This document shows, one piece after another, positions 49,691-63,475 of a stretch of 64,000 nt of DNA. The first letter of the stretch is position 1. The number at the start of each line of letters is the position of its first letter. The stretch is from Heteronotia binoei. Its lineage: Eukaryota. The stretch covers positions 220,658,001 to 220,722,000 of the forward strand of contig NC_083223.1 of NCBI RefSeq assembly GCF_032191835.1, written 5' to 3'. Both the position numbers and the translations under genes were made by a program. The notes under the pieces were generated by a model. It saw nothing but the letters and a program-made list of their open reading frames with translations. It did no database searches and was not told the DNA's origin.

Positions 49691-50839
49691 AATATAAGAT
49701 AACCACCAGAAGAAATGAGACTTTCACGCAAAGCGTGTAAATATGCATGTTTAGTGAGATTAAACAAAAACAGAACTAAGGAACACTGAACTTTCTTAAA
49801 ATTTTTCCCACAAAATCTCTCAACAGTCACAAAGAATGAAAGCCTCTTCAAATAGGACTTAGTGAAGACGTGGGTGAAGTCTTTAATTCCTTAGTGTTCC
49901 ACTCATGATGGTGTGGAGAGGATAAGGAACCACTTTTAAAAGGATGTTACACAAAGCCACAGCTCTACTCTTTATAACATGGATCTACGCATGCTCTAAT
50001 TTGCTGCTGCCAGCTGGAGGTTGGCTACCCTAGGCCTGGCAGCACCATCTGAGTGACTTGATGCCACCTGACTGGCATGACTTAACTAGGCCTGGCTGAT
50101 TGCTCCTATTAGCAGGAGCACCCCATGACAGCCAGTGTGAAGTAGTAGTTAGCACTTCAGAGGAGCATCTGCCAGACCCCAGTTCTTGCTGTGGAAGTTG
50201 ACTGGGTGATTTCAGACAGAGTCACAGACTTTCAGTCTAACCTACCTGACAGGGCTGTTGTGCAGATCAAAAGGGGAGAGGAGAATGATGGAACCTGCTT
50301 TAGTCCTCACTGCAGAGAAAGACTACTTTTCCTAAGTAGAGGCTGCAGGGAGAGGGGAGAAATGGAAATCTGAAGTCAGAGGGCAGATAAAGGTAGGTTG
50401 ACAGGTACAATGCCATAGTCTCCAGCCTCCAAACCAGCCATTTCCTCTTTGGGAACCATTGTTGCCAATCTCCAGGTGAGGACTGGAGATCATTAAGAAT
50501 TACAACTATTTTCCAGATGGCAGAAATCAGCTGCCCTGGAAAAATGGTGCACTCTGTGTCATTATACCCTGCTGAGGTCACTTTCCTCCCGCTTTGGTTC
50601 ACACTGTGGAGAAAGGCTGTCCTTTTCCTAGGTAGAGGCTGCAGGGAGAGGGAAGGCGATGGAAAGCTGAAGTCAGATCACTTCTCCTACAGAAAACAGC
50701 CACCCTGAAGCACATACTCTATGGTATACTGTAATGTAACCAGGCCAGGCCAAAAAAGACGGATCATATCACAAGCACACATTGATGCTAAAAGTGGAGA
50801 ATGGAGGTATGAGAGTGCCAAATTATGTATCTTGTCCTC

Positions 50840-51120
50840 AACCAAATGCCTGGTAGAACATCTCTGCCTTGCATGCCCTGCAGAAAGATAACAAATCCCA
50901 TAGGGCACAGATGTTCTCCATCAAAGAGTTCCACTATGTGGGGACCAGAGCCAAAAAAAGCCCTGTGGACAGCCAGATCTCTCTTGGGTGGGAGATCACA
51001 AGAAGGTTTTTATTTCTTGGGGGCATAACAAGAGAGATGGTCCTGAAGGTATGTGGGTCCCTGACAGCTAAGAACCTTAAAAGTCAGAACTAAGACCTTG
51101 AACATGATCCAGTTCTCCAC
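50840..51120 (-). mobile_element. L2 LINE fragment
   Basis: Resembles the reverse strand of the L2 ORF2 C-terminal region (compare 62400-62650); decayed. Confidence 0.5.
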
Positions 51121-54100
51121 ACCATAATTACTAGTTGTCAAAATGCAGGCAATGTTCACATTTACATTACATAAGAATTATGTTTCTATTCTGTGGTTGG
51201 TGGCTTTTCCAGTTGATTTTTTTTTGGTTGGTTTGCATTTGGTTGGTTGCCAGTATTTTTGTTCATGTATATAAAATAATGGATTCAGTTTATTTATATA
51301 CTTCATTTATAGTCCGCCTTTCTCATAGAAACAGAGTTTACTGGGCTATCTCTGGTGAAACACAATGTGGCATGACAGTCTTCTGTGACAAATTAGATGA
51401 GAGTTTTCTTTATGAATCACAACATAGAAAAATTGAGTCAAAAGGGTCATTAATCCTAGCAGCTCAGTCATATTGTCAATAAACATCAAGCCAGAACTAA
51501 TAGCTTTCCCTTATTGAATGAATTGGTTTGGTTGAAAACAATGTGAACTTTCTATGTATACATTTAAAAAAAAATCCAATGTGGATTTGCCCTTAGGTTA
51601 AGACAAGATAAATGAAATGTGTAAGTGAATCTCATCAGAGAAAAATGACAAAAACTAAAGCCAAGGCAGAACTACTTGCCACTTTCTAGTCAGTTTTGTT
51701 AATGTCAAAAAAGGTATCTCATTCTTTAAAGAAAAACATTGTTGCAGATATATTAAATGTTTGGATGTTGATGTTTTTCTCAACTGCTTTCTTTGTTCTT
51801 TAGCTTAGCTGCCCTCAGCCTCATTTGCTCACATCTGATTAGCTTTGGCAAATCACTTGATTTTATCTATATCATAACCCTGCCTCCTAACATAATGACA
51901 TCTTGGATGAGTGTAAACAAAATCATGTGGGTCACCATCAAGTGTCAAGTCTGGGCATATCAGGTCTCCTCTTTTTCATGTTGCACCTTTAATTTGCCAT
52001 CTTTCCATTATGTTCCCATAATAAACACAAACACATAAAGTGTTGTTAAATCTGTTACTGTAAAAATCAGCCATTTAAGCCAATTCCTCTAAGATAGTAC
52101 ATCCCTGGTGCCATTTGTGAGTGTAGTATGCAGAAGTGTGTCACCCTGGTAATGTAACTGTACTTGGCAATCTGTTTCTTGAGAGGAATCATTCACGAAG
52201 CACATGCATTTCTAATGACCTCTTGCCACCTGGATACCAACCTTATTAGAGAACCCCACCATCTGTGAGGGAGTCAGATTGTCCCTGTCCCCAGAATACT
52301 GTCTAGGGAATAGATTAGTCCCAAGAACAGAGCAATTAACCAGCTCATCCTTTAAAGGACAAATGTAAAATAAGAAAATAGAATGGAACCACGTTGGATT
52401 TTTTTCCTCTTGAGAAAAGAACTGATGTTTGACTGTGCATGAGGGCAGAACAGCAGCATCAGCAAGAAGGGGATTAGTTAGCCCTTGAATTAATGCACAC
52501 CGAGAAAGAACACTCAAGAAAAGATGGTGCAGCAGGCTGGCCATGGATTCTACAGATGCTCCCAAAGCACATCTGTGCATGAATCCCTATATCATTAAAA
52601 TTCAAGCCTGTGCATCCTTATTCCTGGGAGGAATGAACTATCTTGCCACTGGGGAGCACTGACCTAATTATGAAGAGGTAGTAACAGCAGTTTCACAGGA
52701 ACTGTAGCTCATTTCTACAAGACCACAAGTGCAGCATATGTCAAATGTCACACACTTTTGGACAGAATTCTTCAGCTGATAATGTTGATTGTATAGGACT
52801 ATTTCTTATCTTTGCCCTTTTAAAAAATGTTTTGAAATCACATGTCAGACATTGTAACAGTGTGGTGATAGTGTCATATTTTAGCCTGGAGAGAAACTGA
52901 ATGAGTTCTTGTGTGTGAGAGACAGAGAGAGAGAGAAAATACAGAACATTTTGGATTCCTTATCCTGCATAGCTCTATGTTTAGGAGAGCTTGTAAAGTG
53001 CTTAGTATCATTCAGTGAGAAGGATCATAGTTTAGGGATAAAGTATGTGTTCTGCATGCATGCAGAAGATCTCGGGCCCAGTTAAAAGGTTTCAGGTAGG
53101 TTGTTTGGAGAAGATCTCTGTATGAGACTCTTCAGAATGGCTTCTGGTTGGAAAATACTGTGGTGGGAGCAGTGCTCTGATTCAATATTAAGGCAGCTTT
53201 GTAAATTCCTGGACTGTATTAATTATAGTAATAAGCTACAAAAAACAAGGAAATAATGATGTTTGGGTTTCCTGTGCCATATCATTTTGTGTGTATATAC
53301 ATATCTGTCTCTTACATGGATAGAACACACATACTGCCGCTGGGGATGTATAAATCTCTTATCTCTACACAAGACTGGGCAGGGGATGGGGAGCAACTGT
53401 GAGAAACTGATGTGTCCTTTCTAATTCCTGTGTGCCTTATTTTAAAAAGCACCTTAATTAATTATAGATTGAGGGAATCAGAAAACATGTCTTACAAAAA
53501 AAAAGATGAGGCAGAACCTTGATAAAGCAATTATTTCTTGAGGCGTGCAAAAAAGCTCAGAAGGCTAGAAAGAGCATCCTCTGTTTTCTCCAGCACTGTG
53601 ATTGTGGTTCAGCTGGAAAGGCAATGCAGCAGCCACTCTAATTGCAAATAGCTCTGGGAAAAGACCTGGTTCTTTCAACGTACAGCTAACCTCGTTGCCA
53701 CAGCCTCATAGCACTACACTGGGTCCTGTTGCTAGCTGGCTCCTATGAGAACTGATCCATTTAGTAGATATTTGCGTATCCAGGTTACTTGATTTCATAG
53801 TTTAAATAATCTGTTTTCACCATTGTGTTCCTCTCCCCTCCCCCAAGCTGGTATCTTTAATTATAAAGCTCAGATAATGGATTTACACTGCAATTCTAAG
53901 GATGCTAACCTGGAAGTAAGCCAAATTTAATAATATGGGAGACTCACCTCTGAGTAGACCTGCTTAGGATTCTTCCCTGAGTGATGATGAGTTGGAAAAC
54001 CTGCTTTATGAATTCTTGCACCAGTGCACAGTTTGGCTTGCATTCCCCCCCTTCTTTTTGAGCTCTATAAGGTGTTGCTGTTTGTGTTTTTTAAAAAATG

Positions 54101-54200
54101 TCTTTTAGAATACATTCTTAAATGTACTACCTTGAGGGGCTCCTGTGGGGCTAAAAAAGCCACTATATAAACAGCTAAAGGAGGCAGGGTTCCTGTATAG

Positions 54201-54336
54201 CAGGGGTGGCCAACGGTAGCTCTCCAGATGTTTTTACCTACAACTCCCATCAGCCCCAGCCATTGGCCGTGCTGGCTGGGGCTGATGGGAGCTGTAGGCA
54301 AAAAAACATCTGGAGCGCTACCATTGGCCACCCCTG
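54201..54336. mobile_element. hAT fold-back MITE, same family as 48083-48218
   Basis: TIRs CAGGGGTGGCCAA / TTGGCCACCCCTG; flanks CTGTATAG / CTGTATTA; central loop is in the opposite orientation to the 48083 copy. Confidence 0.88.
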
Positions 54337-54553
54337 CTGTATTAACAGATAAAGCTTGTAATGCAGACAGGAAGAGAGAAGCACTCTGACAATTCACAGG
54401 CAACTCTCTCCTTTCATGTTATTCCCTCCTGCCCCTGTTCAAAGGCCAAGCCCTGAATAGGATAACCAGAGTCATTGCTTTATAGTGGTCAGGATGCCTG
54501 GCTGAGACTGGGGAGACCCAGGTTCAAGTTCTCACTCAATGGAGCAATGGAGC

Positions 54554-55025
54554 TAGGGTTGCCAATCCTCAGTTGAGGGCAGGGGGTCCCCTGGTTTGGA
54601 GACCCTTCCCTCACTTTAGGGTTATCAGAAAGTGAGAGGGAGGGAAATATCTGCCAGGCATTCCATTATACCTTATGGAGATAATGGATAATTGATCCAT
54701 GGGTCCCTGGGGCTCCAGAGGGACTGGGTTTTTTTAGGTAGAGGCACCAAAATTTCAACATAGCATCCAGTGCCTCTCCCAAAACACTCCCTAAGTTTCA
54801 AAAAGATTGACTGAGGGGGTCCAATTCTATGAGCCCCCAAAGAAGGTGCCCCCATTCTCCATTATTTCCTATGAAAGGAAAGCGTTTAAAAGGAGCACAG
54901 TCCCTTTAAATGTGATTGCCAGAACTCCTTTTGGAGTTCAATCATGCTTGTCACAGCCTTGCTCCTTGCTCTAAAGTCTCCTGGATCCACCCCCAAAGTC
55001 CCCAGATATTTCTTTAGTTGGACCA
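54554..55025. mobile_element. Long hAT MITE nested in an old SINE
   Basis: Starts TAGGGTTGCCAATC; perfect TSD AATGGAGC (54546-54553, 55026-55033); SINE sequence resumes after it. Confidence 0.8.
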
Positions 55026-56699
55026 AATGGAGCTCACTGGGTAAACTCAGGCCAGTATCTCTCAGCCTAACGTACCTCACAGGGTGGTTGTATTGATCAA
55101 AGGGTAGTATATGATGCATACTCCACTGAACTTCCAGAAGTAAGGATAAGATAGAAATGTAATAATAAATAAAACAGCCCTAGGTTTGCTTCCTTGAGAT
55201 CTTTACAGGCCAAATAAATGTTGAGATCTTTAGAGGATGAATAAATGGCTGAAATCGTGACATGTCAGATTTCTCTTTACAGCCAATCTTTTGACTGAGC
55301 TGCATTTGGAATCTAGATCTCCCCTGTCCTAGTTCCATGTGCAAAGGGATAGCCATGTTAATCTGCTACAGTAAAAACAGCACAGCTATAGCACTTTAAA
55401 GAAAAACCGATTTAGACATTCTCATGTGCCCTTTAAAATGCTTTTCAGCCCCTCTCTCACTGCTGCTGTGCATGTCCCAGAAACACAAAGGCAATTGTAA
55501 ATGCACTTGTATCAAGTTTCTGGATCACAAGAAGGTTGCTTGGCAATCACATTTTATCCTTTTTGCACTTTACAATGCACATGCGAGTTCAGCCTTGTTG
55601 TGGCTTAATCTTTTGTGAACATTTAATCAGACGCATGAAGTGCTATCCCCATGGAAATGTCACAGACTGTACTTCTTGCATTTCATGGCTGTTTAGCTCC
55701 ACAATTTGCAGGAAGGTTGGGGGGGGGGGGGTTGTAAGCTCTTGTTAAAGATGGACAAAGATTGCTTTTTTCATCCCTTTTTGTTATGCTTACAGCAGAT
55801 CCACCCAGACCAGCTGCTTCTTTAGCTGGTTAGCATCAAAGGGAATAATACTAAACAGGTCTTCCCAACAGTGAGTCCCATTTTCTTACACCCAGGAATG
55901 GTTTCTTAGGTTTGCAGCCTGGGCTCCTGTAGATGTGCAGTGACAGAATTAAGTCTTAGTAGTCTTGCTGCCATTAATGGCAATGCTGATTGAAACATCC
56001 TAATGATTGGATCAATATAGTACTGCATGCCTGACAGGTTTCCTGCTACTATGATGGAGAAAGTAAATAAACGAATTAATCAAAGGCCTCCTTAAATAGC
56101 AATGGCTTACAGCCTCCCCCAGAGTGTCAAATGAAGAGAGAGAGATTCCTTGCTGAGACTTCCTTACCAACAGTTTTGATAGAAAATGGATAGCAAATTG
56201 AATGTAGGAACTCTGTTCCTGCATAGCTCTGGAAATTTTAGATGACTTTGATCTGGTCATGCATCACTGGAATTTGCTGTTGGACAGAATCTTGAAAACT
56301 TTGGATTCTGTTTTTAAGGTGTTGTAATGTAACAGTGCTTAAGCCCAGCAGTCTTATCGAAAAATCACAGATACCCTTGCAAGAATAATATTGCAATGCT
56401 TCTAGGCCTCTTTTTTTAATTTAAAAAATTGTCACTATTTCAACAAACCTACAGTTCCCAGGGTAGTTTGTAGAAAGCTGCTATAGCTAAACTGGTTTCA
56501 TATTTGTTTGAAAATTATGTTGTAGATGCATTTATGCAAAAGTCTTTGGGGGTAAGGATTCCACTGTTCAGGGGTGAGCCTTCACTTATATAAGTAGGGG
56601 GGAACTGCTGCCATCTATTGCTGCAGAAATTGCAACAGAACCTCTCCTTCTAACAGATACAATTTATTGCAGGGGTTTGTGGAGTTCTACATATCATGA

Positions 56700-57300
56700 C
56701 CTGCTTTAAGTGAGGTACTCAATGATGGCTTAGTAAGAGTGGTAGGCTTCAAGATGGGGTTGGATAAACATATGGAGCAAAAGTCCATCAGTGGCTAGGA
56801 ACCCCATGGTGCAGAGTGGTAAACTGCAGTACTGCAGTCCAAGCTCTGCTCACAACCTGAGTTTAATCCCAGCAGAAGCTGGGTTCAGGTAGCCAGCTTA
56901 AGGTTGACTTAGCCTTCCATCCTTCCGAGGTCAGTAGAATGAGTACCCAGCTTGCTGGGGGTGAAGTGTAGATGACAAGGGAAGGCAATGGCAAACCACC
57001 CCATAAAAAGTCTGCCAAGAAAATGTTATGATGTGACGTCACCCCAGGGGTCAGTAACAACTCGGTGCTTGCACAGGGGACTACTTATCTATAGATGGAA
57101 CTCTCTGTCTGGGGCAAGTGATGCTCTCTATTCTTGGTGCTTGTGGGGGGGGGGGCAACAGTAGGAGGGTTTCTAGTGTCCTGGCCCCACTGGTGGACCA
57201 CCTGATGGCATCTGGGTTTTTTGGCCACTGTCTGACAGAGTGTTGGACTGGATGGGTCATTGGCCTGATCCAACATGACTTCTTTTATGTTCTTATGTTC
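56700..57300 (+). mobile_element. CR1 3' end split by a Sauria SINE
   Basis: GTCCATCAGTGGCTA (to 56797) continues as GGAACTCTCTGTCTGGGGCAAG...TTATGTTCTTATGTTC (57097-57300). Confidence 0.85.
56798..57085 (+). mobile_element. Sauria SINE nested in CR1
   Basis: Head GGAACCCCATGGTGCAGAGTGG, full body, and a short tail GGGGACTAC. Confidence 0.9.
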
Positions 57301-57704
57301 CAAGCCACTATTCATTCACAGCAGGCAATCAATGCAATAAACTTTGTGACTGAGCAACATCGTGGCTGTTAGGAACAAGTGTGAGATATTTTATTCTGAT
57401 CACATTCATCAGCAGCTAGAATTACCATTAACATGGTGGTGGTGGGGGAATAATTACCATTAATCTAGCAGGAAATCATGATAGGAGGTACAGAGGGGAA
57501 AATAGCTAAAACTATGGAGTTTTCTTTTTGTGCTCTTCCCAGGAAGAGAGAGGGGGAAATTAAAAGTTTAGGATTCTCTGTGACTTGTTTGGCATTCTCA
57601 CAACATTCTAACAAACAGCTTTGCAGAGTTTCAGCATTGTTCATTGAAGTCTAGTTTTGTGTTCTTGACTGCAAAAATAATAATGTTATAAACTACTGTA
57701 TTAA

Positions 57705-58199
57705 TAGGGTTGTCAATCTCCAGTGGGGGCAGTTGATCCCCCATTTTGGAGGCCCTCCCCCACTTCAGGGTTATCAAAAAGCAATGAGGGGGAGGGAAAT
57801 GTCTGCTGGGCACTCCATTATACCCTATGGAGATTGGTTCTCATAAGTATGATGGATAGATAATGAAAAACTAATGAATGGGTATCTGGGCCTCGAGGGA
57901 GGGGCTGTTTTTTTTGAGGCAGAGGCACCAAATTTTCAGCATAGTATCTGGTGCCTCTCCTCAAAACCCCCACAAGTTTAAAAAAGATTGGACCGTGGGT
58001 TCAGTTCTATGAGCCCCAAAAGAAGATGCCCCTATCTTCCAGTATTTCAAATTGAGGGAAGACATTTAAAAGGTGTGCAGTCCCTCTAAATGTGATGGCC
58101 AGAACTCCTTTTGGAATTCAGTCGTGTTTGACACACCATTGCTCCTAGCTCCACCCCCAAAGTCCCCGGATATTTCTTGAGTCAGACATGGCATCCCTA
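57705..58199. mobile_element. Long hAT MITE (TAGGGTTGCCA family)
   Basis: TIRs TAGGGTTGTCAA / TGGCATCCCTA; body colinear with 54554-55025. Confidence 0.8.
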
Positions 58200-60359
58200 T
58201 ACTGTAATTATGAATTGCTCTGGCTATCTTTGTTCAAGGACATTCTTCCTCACTACATTTCTCAGCAGCCTTCTTGCCCTGGTGTACACTTGAAGAATAT
58301 AAAGAGAACCATTTTGATTCATTAGCTGTTCGAAGGAGTAGACCTTTAAAACCCAGCTGTAGATTATCCAGTGCACAGTAAATTGATTCAGCTTTTTGAA
58401 TGGCAGCCAAGCCCAGCATGCCATAAAGTGAAGTATTCTGCAATTCAGTTGCATCATGCCAACAAGTGCAGAATTGCACTTTACTGCTAAGCTGCCACCA
58501 GCACAACAACAGTGATCCTAGATTCTTCAGCCTTAGGATGCTGCCACAAGCAGCTGCTTGCGAGGCTGGATGGGAGAAAAGGCCCTTGAGAGGAATTGGG
58601 AGCCACAACAAGTAGAAATGGGAGCAAACATTTCCAGTTTAAGATACTTTTAAAAATACATTTTAGCAGACAGATGTCAATGACACAAGTCCATACCTTT
58701 AATTAATCCAGAATAATTTTCACTTCTTGGTTCTCTACTTATGATTTCTAACACAGATTTAAATCCCCAATCCATGCATAATGTTATATCAGTGGCAGAA
58801 CTATATGTTATGATAAACATATAAATGGCAACCTCATGGTGAATTTTTGATCTTTGTAACATGTATTATGACTTGTCTGTATCCTGATGGCATCGCGTTG
58901 TGTTTCTCCATCTTTGCCAGTGATGTGAGTGGAGGTGAGGAAATACACAATCGACGTGCATGTCAGTTTTACTATCTTCTTTGGCAGGGAAGAATTCTTT
59001 CCCAGAGGGCTATCAGGCTGAGCAGCAGCCCTGTGATTATCATGGGAGGTGGTCAGTCCTGAAAGTGTAGGAAAAACCTATCTGCCTTATGAGAAGTGCA
59101 GTGGGTTGATTAATTAGTATTAAGGAGTAATTAGTCTTGAGTGTCCATGCAAAATTAATTACACATACACAGGAAAATATCTGAATGCTTCTGGTGTACA
59201 TTGCACAGTTATTGTTGCCAATGCAGTTCAAAATGTTTGAGTTCATTCTATCATAGAACCACAGTTACAGCTCCAGTCTACATCAGTGATGTCAGTTAAC
59301 ATTCTCAGGGCTTTCCAAATTAGTTTACAGACATGGACTCCCACATGCCTGGATGCAGCACATCTAGCACTGCAGTTTCTCCACTTGTGCCATCCAAGGC
59401 AGGTGTCTCTAACAGGTAGCTTCTTAGTCATATCAATGACTAAGAATGCTCTCTCTCTTAATCCCCATTACCTGTGTGACTGTGCAGTCTCTTGCCAATC
59501 CAACCTGCCATAGATTATCTGTGATCTTTTGTCATACTAGTAGAACCTTGATATTCTAAAAAAAAAAAAACCCTACTCCATTTGCCCGCCAAGAAATGTT
59601 TTTGACATGTCTATCTGCCAGTCTGATTTGCCAGGGATTTTCTGTTGTGTTTCTGCTCGTACCCCATGTGCTTTATGGTTACAGCAGCAAAAATTATACT
59701 CAATAGTATTTTCAACCAGGAAAGGATAATGAGAAGAGCTGCTGTAGGTTTTTCATGGTTGTTTTTCAAGCTTTTATTTCACAAGATGTTTTTCTGTGCC
59801 ACTTAGCTGATAGCTTCCGTTTATGCATTCTTCATAGTCCATGTTCTTTTTTGTGGACAGAGCAAAACTTGGCAACATTCTAGGGTTAGAGGTAGCTTGG
59901 GATATTTTTCATTACTCAGTAGCGCACAATAAACAAAAGATTGGCCTTCCCTGGTATAGGGGGTTTCACTCAGCCACCAGCTATAAGTTGATTGGTAATG
60001 TTCACACCAATCTCAGTACTGAGATGTTTATTCTTCCTACAGAGCTTGTCATCATAAAGCTGAAAAAAGCCACATGATTCTCCAGTTCTTCACGCATCCC
60101 TTCCCATCTCATTTGCACATGACCCCATAGGCAGCAGTTTATTCCCACTACATGTTCATCAGGCCATTTTCAGCAATGAGTTTTTTCCCCTGAGTCACTG
60201 CACCATCTGACAATGCTTCCTGACTGAATTCTCAGTGCTTCACCTGCTCCATCCTTTTCTGCTGCAGGCACACAGCATATGTAAAAGCAGAAGTAATCAG
60301 GGCACAGAGAGAGATGCCAGTCAGGGTGCTGTCACATGCTTTCTTCTGTCTTCTACAAC

Positions 60360-61975
60360 ATGCGTGGTTATTGAACAAAGTAATGGAAGCAATAAAAGAT
60401 AAGAAGGATTCCTTTAAGTGGTGGAAAGCCAGTTTGAGAGAGGTAAATAAAAGGGAGCACAGGCTCTGGTAAATATAATGCAAGTTGGTGATCAGACAGA
60501 CAAAAGCGGACTATGAGGAACAGATTGCAAAAAACATAAAGAGCAACAATAAAATGTTCTTCAAGTACTTTAAAAGCAGAAAATCAGCCCAGGAGGCAGA
60601 GGGGCTCTTGGATGACCAAAGGGTAAAAGAATTACTAAAGGATGATAGGGAAAAGGCAGAGAAGGTAAATGCATTTTTGCCTCTGTTTTCACTGTGGAAG
60701 AACTTAGTGTCAAAAGACCTAAGTTGGACTGAGGTGATGAAGAAGGAGGTCCTATGACTGATTGCCCAGATAGCATGCATCCAAGAGCTCTGAAAGAACT
60801 CAAATGAGAACTTGTGGCTCATGACAAAAATATGCAACCTATCAATAGAACATGCCTCTATTCCTGAGGACTGGAAGGTAGCTACTGTAACCCCCATCTT
60901 TAAAAAAAAAAAGTTCCAAATAGGAACTATAGGACAGTCAGTCTAACATCAATACTAGGTGTAAATTGGTAGAATCCATTATTAACAATAGAAATAGTAG
61001 GTGTGTTGATGAACAAAAGCTATTGAGGAGGAATCATCATGGATTCTATAAGGGGCGATCTTGTCTCACTAACATTTTAGAGTTCTTTGAGGGGGTAAAC
61101 AGACATGTGGACAAGAGTGACCCAGTAGATGTTGTTTACCTTGACTTCCGGAAAGCTTTTGAAAAAGTTCCTCATCAAAGGCTCCTAAAGTAAACTCGGC
61201 AGTCATGGGATGAGGGGACAAGTCCTCTTGTGGATTTAAAACTGGTTTATTTACAAGAAAGAGAGTGCAAATATAAATGGGCAGTTTTCACAATGGAAGG
61301 TGGTGAGCAGTGGGGTACCATAAGGCTTGGCACTAGGTCTGGTGCTTTTAAATTCATTTATTAATTATTTGGAGTAAGCAGCAAAGTGGCTATGTTTGTA
61401 GAAGACGCTAAGTTGTTCCGGGCATTGAAGAAGAAGATATTGGATTTATATCTCGCCCTATACTCTGAATCTCAGAGCGGTCACAATCTCCTTTACCTTC
61501 CCCCCTCCCACAACAGACACCTTGAGAGGTAGGGGGCTGAGAGAGCTCTTACAGCTGCTGCCCTTTCAAGAACAACTCCTACGAGTGCTATGGCTGACCC
61601 AAGGCCATTCCAACAGCTGCAAGTAGAGGAGTGAGGAATCAAACCCGGTTCTCCTAGATAAGAGTCCGCTCACTTAACCACTGCACCAAACTGGCTCTCT
61701 TGAGAACCAGGGAGGACTGTGAGGCACTCCAGAGGGATCTATCGAGGCTGGGCAAGTGCATGTCAACATGTCAAATGAGGTTCAGTGTGGGCAAGTGCAA
61801 AGTAATGCACATTTGAGCCAAAAATTCTAACTATAAATATACATTGATGGGGTCCAACTGGTGGTAACTGACTGTGAGAGGGATCTTGGAGTTGTAGTGG
61901 ATAACTCACTAAAGATGTCAACTCAATGTGTGACTGCAATAAAAAGGGCAAATGCTATGCTAGAGATCTGTTGTT
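60360..61975 (+). mobile_element. CR1 LINE ORF2 fragment, decayed and split by a SINE
   Basis: Encodes KADYEEQIAKNIKSNNKMFFKY, PEDWKVATVTPIFK and HGFYKGRSCLTNILEFFE...[21 protein letters not shown]; many frameshifts. Confidence 0.9.
61427..61700 (-). mobile_element. tRNA-derived SINE (Squam3-like) nested in CR1
   Basis: GAAGAAGAAGATATTGGATTTATATC tail through CACCAAACTGGCTCTC head; CR1 resumes at TGAGAACCAG. Confidence 0.85.
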
Positions 61976-62645
61976 CTGATACCATTTCCTTCTCTAGTTA
62001 CCTGCTGACAATTCTCCATTCATTTGAGGTTCCCTGCAGTCCATTAACTAACAAGCCTATTAACTCCTTCTTTTAGCATTTAGCCAAATCTAATTTCCCA
62101 TGTTGGTTCTCTCTTACAAATAAGTGTACACACATATGTAATAGCTTGTACATGCATTCACAGTAACATTTATTTATTTACAAAATTTATGTCTCACTTT
62201 GCTGCCATCAGAACGGCTACCAAGGCAGCTAACAATTCAAAACATAAATGATAAAATTGCATTTTAAAACAATTAAATCAACTACCTCCCCAACACACAT
62301 CATTCAAACAAATTAGAAACAGAGATAAAATATGCACAAAGACATTAAAACAGCATTAAAACATTGATCAAGAATGAGGGATCACTGCCAAATGAAACAA
62401 AAAAGTCTTCACCCATTAACAGAAGATGTCAACAGAGGGTGACAGATGAATCTCTCTGGGAAGAGAATTCTACAGGTTTGGTGCCCTGACTGAGAAGGCT
62501 GTCTCCTGGGTTGTCACCCACCTCCTCTCAAAAAGCAGGGGCACCTGAAGCAGGGCTTCTGAAGATGATCATAGTGGGTGCATAAGGGAGTTGGCAGTCC
62601 TTCAGGTGTGCTGGTCCCCAACCCATATAGGGCTTTGAAGGTCAA

Positions 62646-62914
62646 GACCAGTTTGGTGTAGTAATTAAGTGTGCAGATCTTATCTGGGAGAACTGGGTTT
62701 GATTCCCCACTCCTCCACTTATAGCTGCTGAAATGACCTTGAGTTAGCCATAACTCTTGCAGAGTAGTCCTTGAAAGGACAGCTTCTGTGAAATCTCTCA
62801 GCCCCACCCACCTCACAGGGTGTCTATTGTGGAGGAGGAAGGTAAAAAAGATTGTAAGCCGGTCTGAGATTCAGAATGAAGGGTGGGCTATAAATCCAAT
62901 ATCTTCATCTTCTT
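62646..62914 (+). mobile_element. tRNA-derived SINE (Squam3-like) nested in L2
   Basis: GACCAGTTTGGTGTAGT...GGTTTGATTCCCCACTCC...ATAAATCCAATATCTTCATCTTCTT. Confidence 0.85.
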
Positions 62915-63236
62915 GAATTATGCCGGAAATAAAGTGAGCACCAGTGTAGACGGGCCAAGACTGAGATAATTAGATCCCTACGACTGACTCCAGTCAATGA
63001 CCTAGCTGTAGCATCCTGTACCAACTGAAGTTTCCAAACACTTCTCAAGGGCAGCTTCACAGAGAGCATATTGCAGTAATCTAATCTGGTTGTAACCAGG
63101 ACGTGCTACAGTGGCCAGATCTTTTCTGCCCAAGAAAAACTACAGCTGTCATAACAAGCCAAAGCTGGTAAAAGACACTCCTGGCCACAGCTGCCATCTG
63201 CTTATCTAGCAGTAGGCCTTGAGTCCAAGAGCACCC

Positions 63237-63303
63237 CAAACTACAGACCTGTTCTCTCAAGGGAAGTGCAAACTACAGACCTGTTCTCTCAAGGGAAGTG
63301 CAA
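63237..63303. repeat. Perfect 32-bp tandem duplication
   Basis: CAAACTACAGACCTGTTCTCTCAAGGGAAGTG occurs twice (63237-63268, 63269-63300). Confidence 0.95.
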
Positions 63304-63475
63304 GCCCATCCAGAGTAGATTACACCTTAAACCCTAGGTCAGACCTGCCCACCAGTAGTGCCTCCATCTTGCCAAGGTACATGCAATTTTTACAGGAAGA
63401 TTTTAATTCTTTATCTTCATGTTGAGTTCCCCCATCTACCTGCTCTCTTTTATACATTCACTTTTAAGCATGTAA

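Larger units (their letters stand above)
62165..63420 (-). mobile_element. L2 LINE 3' fragment
   Basis: Reverse strand of a decayed L2 C-terminus and a TTTATTTATTT tail; interrupted at 62646-62914. Confidence 0.65.

Noticed and set aside
58234-58611. 125-aa minus-strand ORF as an antisense gene
   Set aside because: No recognisable homology or splice context, and length within chance expectation.
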